Positions 7,623 to 16,334 of a stretch of DNA of 30,477 nt are shown here, one piece after another. Source of the stretch: a virus (Duplodnaviria > Caudoviricetes); IMG/VR virus record IMGVR_UViG_3300020524_000002, positions 1-30,477 of that record. One strand, written 5' to 3'. The position numbers and the translations under genes are program-made. Under the pieces are notes generated by a model that saw nothing but the letters and a program-made list of their open reading frames with translations, had not been told where the DNA came from and made no database searches. How positions within the stretch are numbered: the first letter of the stretch is position 1; every line of letters starts with the position of its first letter.

Positions 7623-9534
7623 TAACACCACATCAATCAAGCTTTCATCTAACTACACGCAAGTGTCAAGCGATGAAAAAGAATCCTCAAAAGGATGGGT
7701 TGACTACGGTGACAGAAATGGATTTCCACAATACTGCATCGAACTTGCAGACCAATCACCAGTACACGGAAGTCTTATCCGGTCAATCTCACAAATGATT
7801 GCAGGTAAAGGTATCACTTCGAAAGATGTTGGTACTGCTTCGCTCATTAAATCACTTGGATTTGATAGGTTGACAGACAATACTTCTATTGATCTAGAAC
7901 TTCACGGGGGTTTCTTTTGGCAGGTGTTGTGGACATTGGGCGGTGAGTTGTCATCTGTTGAACATTTGCCTTTTGAGAATTGCAGAATCGGAATCAACCG
8001 TGAGAATGGAGATGTAAATGGTGTGTGGTATTCGAATGATTGGGCAAATTTGAAGCGTAAAAGAAACGCTCCTAGATTCATTCCGCTATATTCAGAAGCT
8101 AACAAAAAAGACAGTCCTAGACAAGCATACTTCTGTTTCAAGAACAGTTCGACTGCTAACTATTACGGTAAGCCTGACTATATTTCTTCGCTGAACTACA
8201 TCGAGTTGAGCAGACAGATAGCACTCTTTCACGTTAACAATATTCAGAACGGTCTATTCCCTTCTATGGTTGTTTCGATGAACAATGGAGTGCCAGAGAC
8301 GCAGGAAGAAATGGACATTGTACGCAATGACATTGAGCGCAATATTAGCGGAGCAGTCAACGCAGGTAAGTTCATCTTAATGTTCAATGAGAACAGAGAT
8401 AGAGCAGCGGAGTTCACTCCGTTTCCAATCACAGACGCAGACAAACAATATCAATATCTTGAAGACACTTGCACTCGTCACATAATGATTGCACACCGTG
8501 TCACTTCTCCACTTCTTTTTGGTATTCGTGAGGGCGGTGGACTGGGTTCGAATAAAGATGAAATGGAAGCGGCTCTCAAGATATTTGATGAGCAGGTTAT
8601 CCAACCATCACAAAGACTTATCACAGATTCAGTTGAAGAAATACTACAAGCGGCTAACTCATCGAGTGCGGTTATCATTGTAGGCAATAATCAAGAACAG
8701 ACAGACGCTGAAATAGGCGTAGACAATGCTAAAATGATGTCAGCTATTGACATTATCGCAAAGGTTCAAGAAGGTAAATTGACAGAGCAACAAGCGTCTA
8801 TCTTCTTAACTGAATTTATAGGATTGCCAAGTGAAGTTGTAACATCTTTTTTCAATCCAATAGCGGCAGAGTTATCGATTCACCTAAAAAAAAAAGTAGC
8901 AACTGAAGTTTGCTGCACGAAGGAAGCACCAGAGTTCACGGTTGAAGAAGAAGACAAGTGGCTAAATAAGTTATCTCACCTTGGCGAGATAATAGACGAG
9001 GAAGAATGGGAGTTGATGAGTGAAGAAGAAGCAGGAGGTAGTGCAGACGAACTTGAATATTTCAAAGGACTGAAGAACGTTAATATGGCTTATGGTTCTT
9101 ATGCAAATGCGAATGAAGCGAGTGAATGGGGAGATAGTGGTTTGTACAAGTTACGTTACAAATACTCTGAAAACATTAGCGCAAACTCACGCAGGTTCTG
9201 CAAACAGATGGTAGGAGATAGTTCAAATGGTAGAGTGTTCAGATACGAGGACATCGCAGATATGAGTAGTAATGGAGTGAACGGTGAGTTCGCAGCAGAA
9301 GGTCAAAGCACCTACGACATATTCACTTGGAAAGGTGGCGCATACTGTCACCATTCTTGGCTCAGAAGAATCTACTTTAGAAAAAGAAAGGACGGTAAAT
9401 TTTTACCAAACAACGGACTTAAAAATGACGAGCGTGTAAAGGATAGTGGACTAGATTTCTTGAAGCCAAAAGGCAAAGAATCAATAAGACCAATAAACAC
9501 CCCGAATCGCGGCTCACTTAAAAACATAGACTAA
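7576..9534 (+). CDS. Portal protein with a roughly 210-aa C-terminal extension
   Basis: Portal-like motifs WVDYGDRN.FPQY, SPVH, YYGKPDY, NGLFPS, NAGK and IMIAHRVTSPLLFGI; the C-terminal part has SRRFC..M and WKGGAYCHHSW. Exact start uncertain (7576, 7603 or 7615). Confidence 0.8.
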   Translation: MTLSKQHQQMISSLINNTTSIKLSSNYTQVSSDEKESSKGWVDYGDRNGFPQYCIELADQSPVHGSLIRSISQMIAGKGITSKDVGTASLIKSLGFDRLTDNTSIDLELHGGFFWQVLWTLGGELSSVEHLPFENCRIGINRENGDVNGVWYSNDWANLKRKRNAPRFIPLYSEANKKDSPRQAYFCFKNSSTANYYGKPDYISSLNYIELSRQIALFHVNNIQNGLFPSMVVSMNNGVPETQEEMDIVRNDIERNISGAVNAGKFILMFNENRDRAAEFTPFPITDADKQYQYLEDTCTRHIMIAHRVTSPLLFGIREGGGLGSNKDEMEAALKIFDEQVIQPSQRLITDSVEEILQAANSSSAVIIVGNNQEQTDAEIGVDNAKMMSAIDIIAKVQEGKLTEQQASIFLTEFIGLPSEVVTSFFNPIAAELSIHLKKKVATEVCCTKEAPEFTVEEEDKWLNKLSHLGEIIDEEEWELMSEEEAGGSADELEYFKGLKNVNMAYGSYANANEASEWGDSGLYKLRYKYSENISANSRRFCKQMVGDSSNGRVFRYEDIADMSSNGVNGEFAAEGQSTYDIFTWKGGAYCHHSWLRRIYFRKRKDGKFLPNNGLKNDERVKDSGLDFLKPKGKESIRPINTPNRGSLKNID

Positions 9535-10109
9535 TGGCAGAGATTTGTATCATAGACGAGAACTACGTTAAGAAGTACACCAACGTAAACGGTGCGGTTG
9601 ATTCTAATCGCATCTATGCAGCTATCTATTTGGCGCAGGACTTACACATAGAGCAGTATTTAGGTACTGACTTGTGGGAAAAAATCAAAGATGATAGCGC
9701 AGATGCATCGATAACGGGTGTGTACTTGACACTTCGAAACGATTACATACGCAAAGCGTTAGTATGGTTCGTAATGGTCGAACTTCTACCTGCTATGTAT
9801 TACCGTCAAGACAATGGATCGTTAGTGAAACGCACAAGTGAAGATTCAGAAGTTATAGCACAAAGTGAACTTGATAGATTAATAGACGATGCAAGAGGAA
9901 AGGCTTTGCACTATACTAAAAAAATGGTTGACTATCTTTGTCACAATAACAATTCATTCCCTGAATATTCATCCAATTCATTTCCCGATACCACTCCAGT
10001 CAAGAATGTTTACGGCAGGGGCAAGATGGTATTCAGCACTGGCAATTCAGTATCTACAAGAAAAAATTTCCCATATGATAACAACTACGACTGCAAGTGG
10101 TGGCGATAA
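9534..10109 (+). CDS. Probable head-tail adaptor / head completion protein
   Basis: Directly follows portal (TAATG overlap); helical 191-aa protein with a Y.AQD.HI..YLGT.L pattern. Confidence 0.55.
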   Translation: MAEICIIDENYVKKYTNVNGAVDSNRIYAAIYLAQDLHIEQYLGTDLWEKIKDDSADASITGVYLTLRNDYIRKALVWFVMVELLPAMYYRQDNGSLVKRTSEDSEVIAQSELDRLIDDARGKALHYTKKMVDYLCHNNNSFPEYSSNSFPDTTPVKNVYGRGKMVFSTGNSVSTRKNFPYDNNYDCKWWR

Positions 10110-10188
10110 AAAGAAAAGAGGCAAGGCTATCCGCAAGGAGGTTGAAGCTAAACTCAAAAAATTCATAGCTGATAAAAAGAAAAACTAG
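10075..10188 (+). CDS. Small very basic peptide (37 aa)
   Basis: MITTTTASGGDKKKRGKAIRKEVEAKLKKFIADKKKN fills the gap between adaptor and holin; start uncertain. Confidence 0.4.
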   Translation: MITTTTASGGDKKKRGKAIRKEVEAKLKKFIADKKKN

Positions 10189-10194
10189 TGTGCT

Positions 10195-10680
10195 ATGAGA
10201 GATGATTCGCTATCCATATTTTATCCATATCTTGACTTACTTAAAATGAAAATGCCGCTATTGATTGCCATCAGTTGGTCTAGCTTGGCAGCGTTTTTCA
10301 ATACTTATTTCTTTGATGATTGGTCTTTCTTAATCTATCTGGTCATAATGATTGCGATAGACACAATGCTAGGTATTTGGAAGGCTTGGAAGTATAGTGT
10401 TCTAAGTAGTTCGCGGTTTGGTGGTATGATTATCAAAAGTGTACTCTATGCGTTCTTCTTGATAGTTGTGCACAATCTAACAAACTTCAGCACCAACGAA
10501 ATAACTAAGTCACTATTTTTGTGGGTAGAAGAACTATGCTATGCGGCTCTTTTAGTTCGTGAAGCAATTAGTATCGTTGAAAATATCGGAGCAATTAAGC
10601 CTGACTTATTGCCCAAGTGGATACTGAAAAGGTTACAATCATTTGACGAGAAAGGACAATTTCAAATAGACAACGAATGA
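10195..10680 (+). CDS. Holin (Phage_holin_4_1-like)
   Basis: Several transmembrane segments with D...G.WKA, SS.F...I.K and EA.SI.EN motifs; immediately upstream of the endolysin. Confidence 0.85.
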   Translation: MRDDSLSIFYPYLDLLKMKMPLLIAISWSSLAAFFNTYFFDDWSFLIYLVIMIAIDTMLGIWKAWKYSVLSSSRFGGMIIKSVLYAFFLIVVHNLTNFSTNEITKSLFLWVEELCYAALLVREAISIVENIGAIKPDLLPKWILKRLQSFDEKGQFQIDNE

Positions 10681-11087
10681 GAACAATAACACACATAGTA
10701 GTTCATTGCAGTGCTACGGGACAAGATGCAAAAGTCGAAGCAATACAACGCTATTGGAAGCAGAACTTAGGATGGAAGTCCCCTGGTTATCATTACATCA
10801 TTGAAGCGGACGGAAAGGAAACACAACTACTTTCAATCGCTCAACCTTCGAATGGTGTGAAAGGATGGAATAAGTCAATCATCAATGTGTGTTATATCGG
10901 CGGCGTGAACAAGTTAGGGAAGGCAGCAGACAATAGAACGGATGCGCAGAAACGCCAACTAATGACAAGATTAAAAGCATTAAAGACTATGTTTCCTAAC
11001 GCGATAATTCAAGGACATAAAGACTTTCCAAATGTGGCAAAAGCTTGTCCATCATTCGACGCGAAATCGGAATATAAAAATATCTAA
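10677..11087 (+). CDS. Endolysin, N-acetylmuramoyl-L-alanine amidase (Amidase_2, T7 lysozyme-like)
   Basis: Zinc-amidase motifs IVVHCSAT, GYHY, CYIGG, GHKD and KACPSFD. Confidence 0.93.
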   Translation: MRTITHIVVHCSATGQDAKVEAIQRYWKQNLGWKSPGYHYIIEADGKETQLLSIAQPSNGVKGWNKSIINVCYIGGVNKLGKAADNRTDAQKRQLMTRLKALKTMFPNAIIQGHKDFPNVAKACPSFDAKSEYKNI

Positions 11088-11113
11088 AGGGGCAGTTGTC
11101 CCTTTTCTTTTTT
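11086..11113 (+). terminator. Rho-independent terminator after endolysin
   Basis: AAAGGGGC-AGTT-GTCCCTTT followed by TCTTTTTT. Confidence 0.7.
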
Positions 11114-11133
11114 ACTTACTTAATAATTACACA

Positions 11134-12090
11134 ATGACTAACACTCCAAAATGGGAAGAAGTTTTCAAGATTGAAATCCAACTTGAAGGCGAAAAGATTA
11201 CAGACTTCAAAAGAAGATTAGCCAAGAAGTACAACACGACTCTAGGCAACATTGCTTCAAAGTATCACCGTCACGTTACAAACAAAAACAATCCGAAGAA
11301 GTTTGATGAATCAATACCAGTGGCTCATCACTTGCCTAAGTCAGACACAAAAGAAAAAAGCATTATCGATATTGAAGGTAGAAAGGTTCTTGCCTTGTTC
11401 GATGTTCACATTCCATATCACGACATCAAAGCTTTGCATCTGGCAATCGACTACGGTGTGAAGCAGAACTGCGACACTATTTTATTGGGCGGTGACTTTA
11501 TCGATTGTTATGAAATTAGCAGTTTTGAGAAGGACAGAACAAAGCGTTCATTTAGATCAGAGATTCAGTTGACAAAACAATTCTTTTCATTCCTGCGTTT
11601 CAAGTTTCCTAAAGCAAGAATATACGCGAAGATGGGTAACCACGAGGAACGCTACGAGAGATACATCAGAAAGAATGCAAGTGCGCTAGATGGCATTGAA
11701 GATTTCGAGTTGAGCAATCTACTAGGCTTTGACAAGTTTGGAATAGATATTATTCACGGCAAACAGTTGGCACGTATTAACTCTTTAGCGGTGGTACACG
11801 GTCACGAATTTGGCAAGTCAACATTCTCACCCGTGAACGTTGCAAGAGGTCTTTATATGAGGGCTAAATCGTCTGCTATTTGTGGACACTCACACCAAAC
11901 AAGTGAGCATACGGAGAAGGATATTAATGGAAAGTTGACTACGTGTTGGAGCGTTGGGTGTTTGAGTGAATTAACACCAGAGTACGCACCATTTGCGAAA
12001 TACAACCACGGCTTCGCCATCATAACAAAGCGTGGTAGTGAAGGTTTCAACGTGCAGAATTTCAGAATACACGAAGGAAAAATCTTATGA
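11134..12090 (+). CDS. Calcineurin-like metallophosphoesterase
   Basis: Complete motif set DVH, GD..D, GNHE, HGH and GHSH. Likely start is ATG 11134 (ACACAATG context), downstream of the terminator. Confidence 0.9.
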   Translation: MTNTPKWEEVFKIEIQLEGEKITDFKRRLAKKYNTTLGNIASKYHRHVTNKNNPKKFDESIPVAHHLPKSDTKEKSIIDIEGRKVLALFDVHIPYHDIKALHLAIDYGVKQNCDTILLGGDFIDCYEISSFEKDRTKRSFRSEIQLTKQFFSFLRFKFPKARIYAKMGNHEERYERYIRKNASALDGIEDFELSNLLGFDKFGIDIIHGKQLARINSLAVVHGHEFGKSTFSPVNVARGLYMRAKSSAICGHSHQTSEHTEKDINGKLTTCWSVGCLSELTPEYAPFAKYNHGFAIITKRGSEGFNVQNFRIHEGKIL

Positions 12091-12296
12091 TGATAGATTT
12101 GAATCTCAAAGTACGTTATCGCATTGGCGATATTGTCTACTGTCGGTCAGATGTTGACAGTCGGTTACGCTTTGTAACTGGCTTTATCATCCGCAAGGGA
12201 ATGATAATATACATTGTATCAATGGAAGGCAGCGAAGCCTACTTTTATGACTTTGAATTGATTAGTGAGAATGAGCAGTTGATGGGGTTAAATTGA
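12087..12296 (+). CDS. Hypothetical protein
   Basis: ATGA overlap with the upstream gene; Y.IGD.VY N-terminal pattern typical of small SH3/KOW-like phage proteins. Confidence 0.7.
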   Translation: MMIDLNLKVRYRIGDIVYCRSDVDSRLRFVTGFIIRKGMIIYIVSMEGSEAYFYDFELISENEQLMGLN

Positions 12297-12710
12297 TACG
12301 ATAAGATAAATTATCACACCTTCCAGAATGGCGATTGCAGACACTACAAATGTCCGCTTTCGCCATTTCTTTTTTCTATCAATTTCGTCATTCAACACCT
12401 TTGTCTGTTGATCTATTTCAATCTGCTTCTTTAGGTTGTAAATGCTTTCGATATCATCCTGCTTCTGGGCTTGGATGCCCGTGATATCAACGTACTTCTT
12501 CAACATAGAATCTTTCTGAATCATAATTGAATCTTGAAGCTTCGCATACTCCCACCAATACTCTAGTGAATAGTAACAAAGGTTGAAGGCTTGGTCTTTA
12601 TTTAGTTGGAGTGTATCGACCTTTAAAGTATCGACGCTCGAACTCGCGCTGATTTGATTCGCGAATGATAGCATTAATACTATCATTAGAAGTAAGTATG
12701 ACTTTCTCAT
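12288..12710 (-). CDS. Membrane protein, spanin-like candidate (signal peptide, coiled coil, C-terminal TM)
   Basis: N-terminal MRKSYLLLMIVLMLSFA and C-terminal TFVVSAIAILEGVIIYLIVSI; overlaps the upstream gene by 113 nt. Confidence 0.55.
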   Translation of the reverse strand: MRKSYLLLMIVLMLSFANQISASSSVDTLKVDTLQLNKDQAFNLCYYSLEYWWEYAKLQDSIMIQKDSMLKKYVDITGIQAQKQDDIESIYNLKKQIEIDQQTKVLNDEIDRKKKWRKRTFVVSAIAILEGVIIYLIVSI

Positions 12711-12963
12711 TTTTGAAATAATTGTTAGTGATAATCGGTTTCTTTGATTCGTAATAGTATACGGTATCGCGCATCATTTTAATGTCAATAAGTGCATCGT
12801 GAATCATTCTATCTTGCTTGTCTATTTTCTTTTGGAGTTTCTCTATTTCGATTTGAAGTGGTGACGAATCTTCACGCTTTCGATTTGAAAGAAGAATGAA
12901 GAAAACAGTTAATAGGATAACTGAGATGAATATAACTATGTGTGTCTGGTTTATATTTCTCAT
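12598..12963 (-). CDS. Membrane protein, i-spanin (Rz)-like candidate
   Basis: Single N-terminal TM (IVIFISVILLTVFFILL) followed by a coiled coil. Confidence 0.55.
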   Translation of the reverse strand: MRNINQTHIVIFISVILLTVFFILLSNRKREDSSPLQIEIEKLQKKIDKQDRMIHDALIDIKMMRDTVYYYESKKPIITNNYFKNEKVILTSNDSINAIIRESNQREFERRYFKGRYTPTK

Positions 12964-13151
12964 AGTGATGAAAGTCTTTGAATATAATAATCATTTGGAA
13001 CGTGCGCCATTAGTCGCATTGTGCCGTCTGCTTCTTCAATATAAAATCTTGTAAATCCTTCTTCATATTGTACTCTGTTCGCTTGAAATTCAAAGGCCGT
13101 ACTGTTTGGCATTGCTGCCATAAAACTATGTACCATATCTGTTTTTTTCAT
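12960..13151 (-). CDS. Hypothetical protein
   Basis: 4-nt overlaps with both neighbours, consistent with translational coupling. Confidence 0.7.
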   Translation of the reverse strand: MKKTDMVHSFMAAMPNSTAFEFQANRVQYEEGFTRFYIEEADGTMRLMAHVPNDYYIQRLSSL

Positions 13152-13420
13152 TTGTCACCTCCGTATGTTTGGATGTAGTATTGTTCCGAACCTGCATATT
13201 TTGGCTCATCATCATATTTTGCATCATCCCAAGCGTCAGCAAAACCTATTTCATAAGCATCTTCTATCTGCTCCTTCTCCATTGCTTTGGCTTCTGCGAC
13301 TATTTTTATCATCCATAAATTAACTTGAGAAGATTCAAATTCAGAACCCAAATCTGATTCTAGGTAAAATATTTTACTCAGTTCATTATTCAACCATTCA
13401 ACCGCAGTTTGTTTTGTCAT
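13148..13420 (-). CDS. Hypothetical phage protein (KQTAVEWL...MEKEQI type)
   Basis: Likely start 13420 in an AAACACAATG context; the longer ORF start lies inside a terminator. Confidence 0.75.
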   Translation of the reverse strand: MTKQTAVEWLNNELSKIFYLESDLGSEFESSQVNLWMIKIVAEAKAMEKEQIEDAYEIGFADAWDDAKYDDEPKYAGSEQYYIQTYGGDK

Positions 13421-13441
13421 TGTGTTTATTTTTTGTAAGTT

Positions 13442-13474
13442 AAAAAAAGTGGGCGCAAACTTAATTACGCCCAC
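13442..13474 (-). terminator. Rho-independent terminator
   Basis: GTGGGCG (13449-13455) / CGCCCAC (13468-13474) stem with A7 at 13442-13448, i.e. a T7 tail on the minus strand. Confidence 0.75.
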
Positions 13475-13480
13475 AGTTAA

Positions 13481-14482
13481 TTAAGCGAAAGGTGTTAAAC
13501 TAATTTTCTTTGTATTCAGATTTGCATAAGCTTCAAGTCTGAACTCCTTACCAGTAAGCGGTAAAAAGTGAACAGTAAACTTGATGTGAGCAGGTTTCGA
13601 ATAGTCAACATCAGCTAGTGAATCTACATCAAGAATAAATGAATCCGCATTTTCTTTTGTCAGATACGCAGACTTCCAACACTCGCCAAAGTTACCCATA
13701 CTATCTGCATCGATAGCGTTAGCAGGGCGGTCGCATCCGTTATACAAAGTCCAAGTGATTCTGAAATCACCTTGTGCCGTACCATAGCAGGTGCGAAGTT
13801 GTGAGTAATTGAACGCACTCCACTCTGTCTCATTCACAAAGAATGAACCTTTCAACACATTGCCGTTCCATTCAAGCGCAGGAAAGATGTTTGTGATGTG
13901 CGTATCGGGTGTTTTAAATTCGCCCGTGAAATAGTCATTCTGGAAAGCGAGAACAGTGTCCTCATTCACTTTCATAATGTCAGCAATCTCTGAAACATCA
14001 TAGGTCAAAACAGTTTTCTTGCCGTTTACAATCCAATCAAATGACCATTGATTCTTATTCTCGAAATCGTCAAACATAACATCAGTTCCGTCTATCACGA
14101 TCGTGATTAACTTCTCACTTTCGGTGTGAGTTGTCCCATCGGGCAACTGCCAAGAAAGTTCTGACCGGTATAACTGCCAGTGTCCATTCTCATTCTTACC
14201 GGTAACAACATAACCGAAGTCATTAATGTACATTGACACAAGGTTGAGCAGGTAGCTAGGTGAAAACACAAAGTTTGAAGTCGGTAAGAATCCATCTTTC
14301 CAAACATATTTGGTTTGTGTCAGGTATCGACCTGCCCATTTTGGGTTAGGAACTTTCAAAGTCTCCTTGACCAACTGACGATTTAATCTCAGTTCGTTGA
14401 CATTTCGCCCATCAAGAACGAAATACTTTAGCTCGTCCCACATTTGGGTGGGAATGCCAGTAATACTTTTGTCTAAAATCAT
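13481..14482 (-). CDS. Hypothetical protein (333 aa)
   Basis: Long ORF with A-rich start context between TerL and a terminator; no motif recognised. Confidence 0.8.
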   Translation of the reverse strand: MILDKSITGIPTQMWDELKYFVLDGRNVNELRLNRQLVKETLKVPNPKWAGRYLTQTKYVWKDGFLPTSNFVFSPSYLLNLVSMYINDFGYVVTGKNENGHWQLYRSELSWQLPDGTTHTESEKLITIVIDGTDVMFDDFENKNQWSFDWIVNGKKTVLTYDVSEIADIMKVNEDTVLAFQNDYFTGEFKTPDTHITNIFPALEWNGNVLKGSFFVNETEWSAFNYSQLRTCYGTAQGDFRITWTLYNGCDRPANAIDADSMGNFGECWKSAYLTKENADSFILDVDSLADVDYSKPAHIKFTVHFLPLTGKEFRLEAYANLNTKKISLTPFA

Positions 14483-14499
14483 TTTGTTTATTTGTTTAA

Positions 14500-15801
14500 T
14501 TATCGTATAGCATACCTGCCATAGTTCGGATATAGTTCAAAGTACATTCTCATCATCATCATATCTGCGAAGTCGGGAGAGAAGCCGTGTTTCTTTTTGA
14601 TTTCTTCCTTACTGGTAACTGCTTTCTTTCTCTCACGATCCATATTTGCTACTCGCACTACTTCAAGGTGCTTTATTATTTCAGTCTTGTATCTGTCAGC
14701 CGTTATCGTTATCTTGTTTGAATTAATCGATTCTCCTAGCTTAAAATAACACTCCGCTTTCAAGTTCATATAGGTTTCGCTATCTATCGCACGACCACCA
14801 TTGTTGAATGATTGACACTTTAAAATACCAACTACTCCGATACCTAATCCGTCAGCATCAACCACAATGTTAGACAACTTCACGTTTCTTTCTTTGGCTA
14901 AAGTACGAATGAACTCCGCTACTTCGTTTGGATACTTATGCTCCATCATAAACACATCGACCAATGACATTCCCGACCACAGACCAATGATTGTTTTATC
15001 ATTTCCAAGTGCTGCGATGTCGGCAGTGATGTAAGCGGTAGTGCCTATCAATTCGTTTCTAAAACATCTCAACAAGTCATCGTAGTAGTAAAGTCTATCG
15101 TTGCTCTCATCATAGTCCCAATCACCATCTAAAAGTCTTTTACGGTCAATCTCTGGAAGGCGTGACAACTTCTCAAGGTAGGCAGGTTCAAGATTCGGAT
15201 TGTCTGTCGGCAATGCCTTGATGAATGCTCTGTCCTCTCGCAGCGTTCCATTTCGTGCAGCGTCGAAGTAGTCAGCGTATAACCACCCTTTAGTTGGGTT
15301 GCAGGAGAGTAATCCTTTCGGCACACCATTGATTAAGTTATAACGCACACGGCTATCTAAAATATCGATTGCTCGTTGAGATACTTCTGCTACCTCGTCC
15401 ACAAAATAGTCTGTGATTTCAATCGAACCAAGACGGCTGAACTCAGGGTCTGACGGCATAAAACCTAAGTCCATCAAGATAATTTGCGAACCATTGTAGA
15501 ACTTGATAACGTGGTCTTGACCGTTGTATGTGTAGTGAGTGCCAGGGCGAAGTCCCATCTGGTTAGCAATCGTCCAAAAGGTAGCCATTGTTGACTGCCT
15601 AAGTCGCTTTAATTCTGCACGACCGATTAAACCTCTGGTGTTTGCATATTTTAATCTGCGATTAATCTGCCAAGAACACCCAAGAAATGTCTTACCACCA
15701 CCTGCACTACCGCCATATAACACCGTTTCTGTTATCAAATCTTTTGGAGATAACAAAGTCAATGCTTCATCTTGGCGGTTAGTATATTGGGGTGTGTACA
15801 T
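14500..15801 (-). CDS. terL: Terminase large subunit
   Basis: Walker A GGSAGGGKT, Walker B YFVDEV, coupling motif SCNP, DNP.L...Y, RLL.GDW, nuclease Asp in ADIA and C-terminal SPDFAD. Confidence 0.95.
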   Translation of the reverse strand: MYTPQYTNRQDEALTLLSPKDLITETVLYGGSAGGGKTFLGCSWQINRRLKYANTRGLIGRAELKRLRQSTMATFWTIANQMGLRPGTHYTYNGQDHVIKFYNGSQIILMDLGFMPSDPEFSRLGSIEITDYFVDEVAEVSQRAIDILDSRVRYNLINGVPKGLLSCNPTKGWLYADYFDAARNGTLREDRAFIKALPTDNPNLEPAYLEKLSRLPEIDRKRLLDGDWDYDESNDRLYYYDDLLRCFRNELIGTTAYITADIAALGNDKTIIGLWSGMSLVDVFMMEHKYPNEVAEFIRTLAKERNVKLSNIVVDADGLGIGVVGILKCQSFNNGGRAIDSETYMNLKAECYFKLGESINSNKITITADRYKTEIIKHLEVVRVANMDRERKKAVTSKEEIKKKHGFSPDFADMMMMRMYFELYPNYGRYAIR

Positions 15802-15832
15802 TTGGTAAAATTAGTGATTAATTTTATACTGG

Positions 15833-16330
15833 TTATTCATTTGGCAAGTTGTAGTAATCATTCCAAATATGCTTGTCAACTTCGAATGAATGGTCACGGG
15901 CTGCTTTGTCAAGAAAGGCTATTTGTCTGAATATACAAAAAGTCCAATCCTCGACCAATTTACTTCTACAACTTGTAACGCAATACTTACATTGTTTTAT
16001 AGAAGTCCAATCCACAACCCTATCACCGTTGCATCTTCTTGCGACTTCTGAAAGATAAGCTAAGGCGTTGAGGTGTTTGTTTAATCTGTACAAAGAAGCA
16101 TCTTGATTCATAGTGCCAGTGCTATAATTGGTCACTATTCTTGTATCTGAATCATAACGCCACATAATCTCTCGGCACGTTTCCCAAATTGGTTTGGTTA
16201 AGGTGTCTGGAGTAGATGATTTGCCCATTTCCCTTTTTACATAAGTCTCGCCATTGAGAACTATCTCAGTTGACACGTTCTTGATTTCATTTCCGTCATT
16301 ATCATAGACGGTGATTACTGTTGCTTTCAT
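15833..16330 (-). CDS. Hypothetical protein
   Basis: 165-aa ORF in operon context with an AACAAAATG start. Confidence 0.75.
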   Translation of the reverse strand: MKATVITVYDNDGNEIKNVSTEIVLNGETYVKREMGKSSTPDTLTKPIWETCREIMWRYDSDTRIVTNYSTGTMNQDASLYRLNKHLNALAYLSEVARRCNGDRVVDWTSIKQCKYCVTSCRSKLVEDWTFCIFRQIAFLDKAARDHSFEVDKHIWNDYYNLPNE

Positions 16331-16334
16331 TTTG

